From NCBI GenBank assembly GCA_046754245.1, contig JBHHVL010000008.1, forward strand, positions 2,411 to 66,410: a stretch of DNA of 64,000 nt, given 5' to 3'. This DNA comes from Candidatus Binatia bacterium. GTDB lineage: Bacteria; Desulfobacterota; Binatia; UBA1149. Made by a program: the position numbers and the translations under genes. Below are positions 58,928 through 64,000 of this stretch, one piece after another (the first letter of the stretch is position 1; each line of letters begins with the position of its first letter). The notes under the pieces were generated by a model. The model saw nothing but the letters and a program-made list of their open reading frames with translations. It did no database searches and was not told where the DNA came from.

Positions 58928-60556
58928 TCAGAAACGGGCCCACCAGGGCAGCGTGGCGGTTTCCGCGGCCTCGACTTCGATGTTGAACCTGTCGAGCAGA
59001 ATGCCGGTGGCACGCTGCAGCCGTATCGTGGCCCTGGCGTGATCGTTGAGCGCGCGCTGCTCAACGGCCATAGCTGACGCGAGTTTCTGCTGGAAGTCGA
59101 GCACGTCGGTGGTAGTGAGCTTCCCCACCTGATAACGACGTTGCTGGTTCGCCAGGTTTTCGGCGGCGAGTTCGCGAGCGAGCCGTGACGCGCCCACTCT
59201 CTTGAAACTCGATTCGACGTTCCCTACAGCCTGCTGGAGGTCGAGCGCTATCGAGGACATCGTCTCATCAAGGAGCTCCCGCGCCTGGCGAGTCCTGATA
59301 AGCGCTCGGGAATGACGGGCCCGCGCCGCGGCACGAGAGAGCGGCAGTTCGAGCCTAAGCTCCAGTGCGTAGCTGTAGAAATCGCCGTCGAGCATCAGAT
59401 CGTAAGCGTCGCCGTAAGATCCGGCGAAGGGGTTGGATACCGGCTCGTTGCTTCCCAAGGGCGTGATCGGGACCGCCCTTCCGCCCAGCCCCACGAGGGT
59501 GTAGTTGCCGACTAGACCGAGGTCTGGACGGGCCTCGTCGAGGGCCTGAACTTCGCTCAGCTCGCCAGCGGCGAGCCTGAGGCGGGCGAGTTCCATCTCG
59601 GGCCTCTTTTCAATCGCGGTTGCAAGCAAGGAATCCGCGTCCAGAGCCGCCGGCGTCGCCTCGTGCACCTCGCGAGCGATCAGCCTCTGGGGGTTGTTCG
59701 GCCCCCCCGCCATGACGAGGTGCTCTAGGCGCTGCGCGGACAGCTCGAGTTCGTTCTCCGCGACCAACAACTCCTCCTCGCGTTTCGCGGCTTCCGCCAT
59801 GGTTTCCTTGACCGCTACTGGGGCGAGCAAGCCGAGCTTCACCTTGGTTTGAGCCTCCAGGTTGAGTTGGCGTGCCAGTTCAAGGGATCGACGATGAACT
59901 TCGAGTTCCGACTGCTTGAGCGCTTGGTCCCAGTAGGCGCTTGCGACGGCCGCGACGAAATCGGCGAGAGCGGTCTTGAAGAGAGCCGTCTCCTGACGGG
60001 ACGCGTTGCGTGCGAGTTGAAGGGTGGTCTTGGCGTCCTTGCCCCACGCGTTCTTCCAGAGCGGCTGCGAGAGATTGAGTCCCAAGGTCGGTTTGAACTC
60101 GGGAACGAGTCCTTGAAAACTGGAGTTGGTGGTCGCTCGGCTATTGGTCCAGGCGAGGTCCAGCGCGGTCCCCGATCTCAGTAGCTTGCTGAGTACGAGA
60201 TCGCCGTGGCGTTCGTCTTGCTCGAGTACAGGCGCCGCTCCGCTCACCCCTGCCAGCGCGCTGCTGCGGGCAACCCTGCTGTCAGAGTAGCCGAGGTTGA
60301 GTTGAAGAACCGGTTCCCAGGCTGACGCCGCCTCCAGTACGCCCGTGTCCACGGCGAGTGGCTCCTGCGCCTTCGCGCGAACTCCTGGGTTGTTTGTGAC
60401 CGCCGAGCGGATCGCCTCGTCGAGGTCCATTTCTATCGCTGGTCGCGAAGCGCCCGCTAGGGCCCATTCCCTGCGACTCGCAGCGGCGTGGGCCTGCCCG
60501 GGGTTCAGGCAGAGTAGCAAGGCGAGAACCGCGGCGATTGTTTCAACAGCGTGCAT
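58928..60556 (-). CDS. TolC-family outer membrane efflux protein
   Basis: Two OEP repeats with long coiled coils. Signal peptide MHAVETIAAVLALLLCLNPGQAHAA. The ORF track starts 39 codons further upstream (60673). Confidence 0.8.
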   Translation of the reverse strand: MHAVETIAAVLALLLCLNPGQAHAAASRREWALAGASRPAIEMDLDEAIRSAVTNNPGVRAKAQEPLAVDTGVLEAASAWEPVLQLNLGYSDSRVARSSALAGVSGAAPVLEQDERHGDLVLSKLLRSGTALDLAWTNSRATTNSSFQGLVPEFKPTLGLNLSQPLWKNAWGKDAKTTLQLARNASRQETALFKTALADFVAAVASAYWDQALKQSELEVHRRSLELARQLNLEAQTKVKLGLLAPVAVKETMAEAAKREEELLVAENELELSAQRLEHLVMAGGPNNPQRLIAREVHEATPAALDADSLLATAIEKRPEMELARLRLAAGELSEVQALDEARPDLGLVGNYTLVGLGGRAVPITPLGSNEPVSNPFAGSYGDAYDLMLDGDFYSYALELRLELPLSRAAARARHSRALIRTRQARELLDETMSSIALDLQQAVGNVESSFKRVGASRLARELAAENLANQQRRYQVGKLTTTDVLDFQQKLASAMAVEQRALNDHARATIRLQRATGILLDRFNIEVEAAETATLPWWARF

Positions 60557-60790
60557 CAGGAAAACCAAGCCCCACAGGAGGGGCCCGTTGGGCCGCGGCG
60601 GCGAAGCCGGGCCCGAAGAAGCGTGAAAAAAGGCTCCACTAGAGAGATTGGCCGCGCTTTTTCGAACCGTCAAGGTCCTTGCGGCCGAGTTGACATCTTC
60701 GGGGGCGAGGTTTAGTTAGCCAAACCGGTGTCCTTACGTTTCGGCGGCTGTCGCAGAATGAGCTGCGACCCCGCTCATTGGCCGGAAATC

Positions 60791-61939
60791 ATGCTAAAAA
60801 GATACTTGCTGGCGCCAGGGCCAACACCGGTACCCACCGAGGTGTTGCTCGCGATGGCGTCTCCCGTGATTCATCACCGTACTCCAGAGTTCAGTGGTAT
60901 TTTCCGCGCTGCTGCCGACGGTGCGCGCAGACTGTTTGGAACCGTTGAACCGGTCATGATGCTCGCCTCTACCGGCACCGGCGGCATGGAAGCCGCCGTC
61001 ACCAACACGCTGAACGCAGGCGATCAGGTGATCGTGGTCAACGGCGGCAAGTTTGGCGAACGGTGGATAGAGATCTGTAACGGTTACGGTCTGGAGGTCA
61101 TCTCCGTTGATGTGGAGTGGGGTAGCGCCGTCGATCCGGAGGCCGTGGCGAAGCTTCTTGATGCGAATCCTGGTGTCAGGGCCGTGCTGCTGCAGGCCAG
61201 TGAAACCTCGACGACTGTGCTCCACCCCGTCGGAGAGATCACGAAGCTCACCCGCGATAGGGACTGCCTGGCGATCGTCGATGGAATAACTTCCGTGGGG
61301 GTTGTTGACATGCCCATGGACACGACCGGAATCGACGTGCTGGTCACGGGTTCACAGAAAGCCATGATGCTGCCCCCTGGCCTCGCGCTGGTTGCGTTGA
61401 GCCCGAAAGCGTGGGACTTCAACGCTACGTCAACACTGCCCCGGTACTATTTCGACCTCGCCAAGGAACGTGACAATCTCGAGAATGACACCTCCGCCTA
61501 TACGCCTGCGGTTGCGCTGATCACCGGTTTCAAAGCCGTGTGCGACCTTATCGAGCGCGGCGGCGGGCTCGAGGAGGTTTACCGGCGTCACGGCATACTC
61601 GCCCGGGCGACCCGTGCGGGTCTGAGGGCCCTGGGTTTGAGTCTGCTGGCACCCGAATCGCCGAGCCCCGCGGCGACTGGCGTTTGGGTTCCGGAAGGCG
61701 TCGACGGTGGCGCGCTCACCCGCCACCTACGCGACGTCATGGGCGTGACCGTCGCCGGAGGCCAGGGCAGACTCAAGGGCAAGATCGTGCGCCTGGCGCA
61801 CATCGGCTACGCGGATACCTTCGACGTGGTCACGGGTTTGAGCGCACTCGAGATGGCGCTGCACAGGTTGGGCGCTTCGGTGGAGTTCGGATCGGGCGTT
61901 GCCGCTGCTCAGGAAGTCCTCGTGGAGATGTACGGGTAG
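60791..61939 (+). CDS. class V (AGXT-type) PLP-dependent aminotransferase, possibly phosphoserine/serine-glyoxylate aminotransferase
   Basis: MLKRYLLAPGPTPVPTEVL N-terminus. PLP-lysine region VLVTGSQKAMMLPPG. Adjacent to serA. Confidence 0.8.
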   Translation: MLKRYLLAPGPTPVPTEVLLAMASPVIHHRTPEFSGIFRAAADGARRLFGTVEPVMMLASTGTGGMEAAVTNTLNAGDQVIVVNGGKFGERWIEICNGYGLEVISVDVEWGSAVDPEAVAKLLDANPGVRAVLLQASETSTTVLHPVGEITKLTRDRDCLAIVDGITSVGVVDMPMDTTGIDVLVTGSQKAMMLPPGLALVALSPKAWDFNATSTLPRYYFDLAKERDNLENDTSAYTPAVALITGFKAVCDLIERGGGLEEVYRRHGILARATRAGLRALGLSLLAPESPSPAATGVWVPEGVDGGALTRHLRDVMGVTVAGGQGRLKGKIVRLAHIGYADTFDVVTGLSALEMALHRLGASVEFGSGVAAAQEVLVEMYG

Positions 61940-61946
61940 GTCGGTC

Positions 61947-63533
61947 ATGGAGTTCAAGGTACTGGTTTCAGACAAGCTTGCGCCCGAAGGTCTCGCGATC
62001 TTGAAAGCGGCCGAAGGCCTCGACGTGGACTACCGGCCAGGGATCGATTCGAAAGAACTCGCGGCTATGATCGGGGCGTACCACGGTATCGTCATTCGAA
62101 GCGGTACCAGGGTCACCGCCGAGTTGCTCGGGGCTGCCGAGTTGCTCAAGGTAGTAGGCCGGGCGGGAATAGGGGTCGACAACGTCGACGTCGACGCGGC
62201 AAGCAAGCGGGGTGTAGTTGTCATGAACACCCCTGGAGGCAACAACGTTACCACGGCCGAGCACACGATTTCGCTGTTGCTCGCGCTGGCGCGTCACATC
62301 CCTCAGGCCAACGCCTCTTTGAGGAGCGGCGAGTGGCGCCGCGGGGATTTCATCGGTACCGAAGTGTTTGGTAAAACGCTGGGCGTCATCGGCACGGGCA
62401 ATATTGGCGCCATCGTCGCCGACCGAGCGCGGGGGCTGAAGATGAGGGTCCTGGCCTACGATCCCTACATCACCGAGGAAGCCGCCACTCGGCTGGGAGT
62501 GGAACTCGTCACACTCGAAGAGCTCTACAGACGTGCTGATTTCATCACTGTCCACACCCCTCTCACCGAAGAAACCAGGGGCATGGTAAGCGATCAGGCT
62601 TTTGCGGCCATGAAAGACGGTGTTCGGATGCTCAACTGCGCGCGCGGCGGCATCGTGGATGAAGCGGCTTTGGCGAGGGCGCTCGAGTCGGGCAAGGTTG
62701 CCGGCGCCGCCCTGGACGTCTTTGCGGAAGAACCCGCGGTTGACAATCCCCTCGTAGGGATGCCGCAGGTGGTCGCAACCCCCCATCTCGGAGCGAGTAC
62801 CGACGAAGCCCAGCTAAACGTCGCCGTGGCGGTGGCGGAACAGGTGCGGGACTTCTTGTTGAACGATTCGATTATCAACGCCGTCAACGTTCCCAGCGTG
62901 TCTACCGAGATGGCCGGTGAGATGGCGCCCTACATCACGCTCGCCGAGAAGATCGGTAGCCTCCACGCGCAGATGGCGCAGCGCGCGCCTTCGGATCTCC
63001 TGATCGAATTCCATGGCGAGGCAGCGGATTTTGAGGACGGTCGCCCCATTACCTCCGCGCTGCTCGTAGGCCTGCTGTCGAATTTCATGGACGTCCCGGT
63101 CAACGGTGTCAACGCCGATATTCTGGCTAGAGAGCGAGGAATCCGAGTTCGGGAACTTCGGGATCGCGAGAGCTCTGGATTCGCGAGTTTCCTGCGCGTT
63201 CGGTTCAGCGGTCCGGGAGGCGAACAGGTGGTGGGAGGCGCGGTCTTTGGCCGTAACACCATTCGCCTGGTCTGCCTGGACGACTTTTTCTTCGAGGCGG
63301 TACCGGAGGGCGCGATACTGGTTCTGCACAACAAGGACGTTCCGGGGGTGGTGGGGCGCGTGGGCACCTTCCTAGGCCAAGCGGGAATCAACATCGCCGG
63401 CGTGGAACTCGGTCGCGTCGAAGGGGAAGCGATATCGTTTTTCCACGTCGACTCTCCGCTGGTGGCTGAACAGCTCAACGCTCTTCGCGGTATGCCCGAC
63501 ATCACCCGTGCTTGCATGGTCAAGCTGTACTGA
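61947..63533 (+). CDS. serA: D-3-phosphoglycerate dehydrogenase SerA (with ACT domain)
   Basis: MEFKVLVSDKLAPEGL..., NAD-binding GVIGTGNIGAIVA, catalytic region, C-terminal ACT (ILVLHNKDVPGVVGRVGTFLGQAGINIAG). Confidence 0.9.
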   Translation: MEFKVLVSDKLAPEGLAILKAAEGLDVDYRPGIDSKELAAMIGAYHGIVIRSGTRVTAELLGAAELLKVVGRAGIGVDNVDVDAASKRGVVVMNTPGGNNVTTAEHTISLLLALARHIPQANASLRSGEWRRGDFIGTEVFGKTLGVIGTGNIGAIVADRARGLKMRVLAYDPYITEEAATRLGVELVTLEELYRRADFITVHTPLTEETRGMVSDQAFAAMKDGVRMLNCARGGIVDEAALARALESGKVAGAALDVFAEEPAVDNPLVGMPQVVATPHLGASTDEAQLNVAVAVAEQVRDFLLNDSIINAVNVPSVSTEMAGEMAPYITLAEKIGSLHAQMAQRAPSDLLIEFHGEAADFEDGRPITSALLVGLLSNFMDVPVNGVNADILARERGIRVRELRDRESSGFASFLRVRFSGPGGEQVVGGAVFGRNTIRLVCLDDFFFEAVPEGAILVLHNKDVPGVVGRVGTFLGQAGINIAGVELGRVEGEAISFFHVDSPLVAEQLNALRGMPDITRACMVKLY

Positions 63534-63536
63534 CGG

Positions 63537-64000
63537 GTGCGCCTGCGGCTCAACAGCCTTGCGGTCGTAGGCCTTCAATGGGGCGACGAGGGTAAGGGGA
63601 AGATCGTCGATCTGCTTTCGGCTGACGCCGATGTGGTTGTTCGCTTTCAGGGAGGAAACAACGCCGGCCATACCCTCGTGGTCGATGGCGAAGAGACCGT
63701 CTTGCACCTGGTACCTTCGGGCGCGCTGCACCAGGGAGCGGTCTGTGTGATAGGCGGCGGCGTGGTCGTCGACCCCGCGGTGTTGATGGACGAAATCGAG
63801 GGGTTACGACGGAGAGGCTGTCTGCTCGAGGAGGGTAGCCTGATGCTGAGCCAGGAGGCTCAGCTCATCCTCCCCTACCACAAGGCTATCGACCAGGCCC
63901 GCGAAAGGCAGCGGGGCAAGGGGAAGATCGGGACCACGGGGCGTGGCATAGGTCCGGCCTACGAGGACAAGGTCGCGCGAATCGGATTGAGAGCCATCGA
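63537..64000 (+). CDS. purA: adenylosuccinate synthetase PurA, N-terminal part (runs off window end)
   Basis: [34 protein letters not shown] motifs. Probable GTG start at 63537. Confidence 0.85.
   Translation, partial: MRLRLNSLAVVGLQWGDEGKGKIVDLLSADADVVVRFQGGNNAGHTLVVDGEETVLHLVPSGALHQGAVCVIGGGVVVDPAVLMDEIEGLRRRGCLLEEGSLMLSQEAQLILPYHKAIDQARERQRGKGKIGTTGRGIGPAYEDKVARIGLRAI

Noticed and set aside
1-64000. Searched for mobile elements, integrases, phage genes, toxin-antitoxin pairs, restriction-modification or other defence genes
   Set aside because: Every substantial ORF has a confident housekeeping assignment or is an antisense artefact. No transposase/integrase/recombinase motifs, no direct-repeat-flanked insert, and no obvious compositional island were seen. 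The only horizontally mobile-looking family (RadC-like JAB protein) sits in the usual radC-near-ssb core context.

Overview
High-GC (~65-70%) bacterial chromosomal core region, almost fully coding and syntenic with well-known housekeeping loci. Markers of a diderm organism are present (LolA, TolC-family, periplasmic cytochrome c, M16 peptidase with lipoprotein-type signal). Order of content: rsmE(partial)-prmA | GDPD | PqqL-like M16 peptidase | cvpA-dnaG-rpoD-tRNA(CAU) | DUF164 Zn-ribbon gene - RNase P RNA (rnpB) | complete dcw cell-division/cell-wall cluster mraZ-rsmH-ftsL-ftsI-murE-murF-mraY-murD-ftsW-murG-murC-murB-ftsQ-ftsA-ftsZ (no ddl) | B12-binding-like radical SAM protein - acpS | cytochrome c | PhaF-like phasin with histone-like tail | pair of ArsA/Get3-family ATPases | LPLAT-like protein | glpK | rpmE-prfA-prmC-murA-hisDBHAF | trxB | moaC-radC | ssb | plsC-uppP-ftsK-lolA-yajQ-rimO-dksA-like | Yip1-like | queE-glpD | APH-like kinase | folE | tolC-like | class V aminotransferase-serA-purA(partial). 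I found no transposase, integrase, phage, CRISPR or recognisable defence genes. The long antisense ORFs in the track are GC-driven artefacts. Most interesting items: the canonical triple GTGGG MraZ operator seen directly upstream of mraZ, a BagAB-like ArsA ATPase pair next to glycerol genes (one with a Lys-to-Glu deviant Walker A), an LPLAT-like protein with degenerate catalytic motif, a radical SAM gene wedged between ftsZ and acpS, a poly-Glu tandem-repeat insertion inside the FtsK motor, and a DUF164-rnpB linkage. I cannot point to a clearly novel multi-gene system in this window. The candidates are flagged with modest interest scores.
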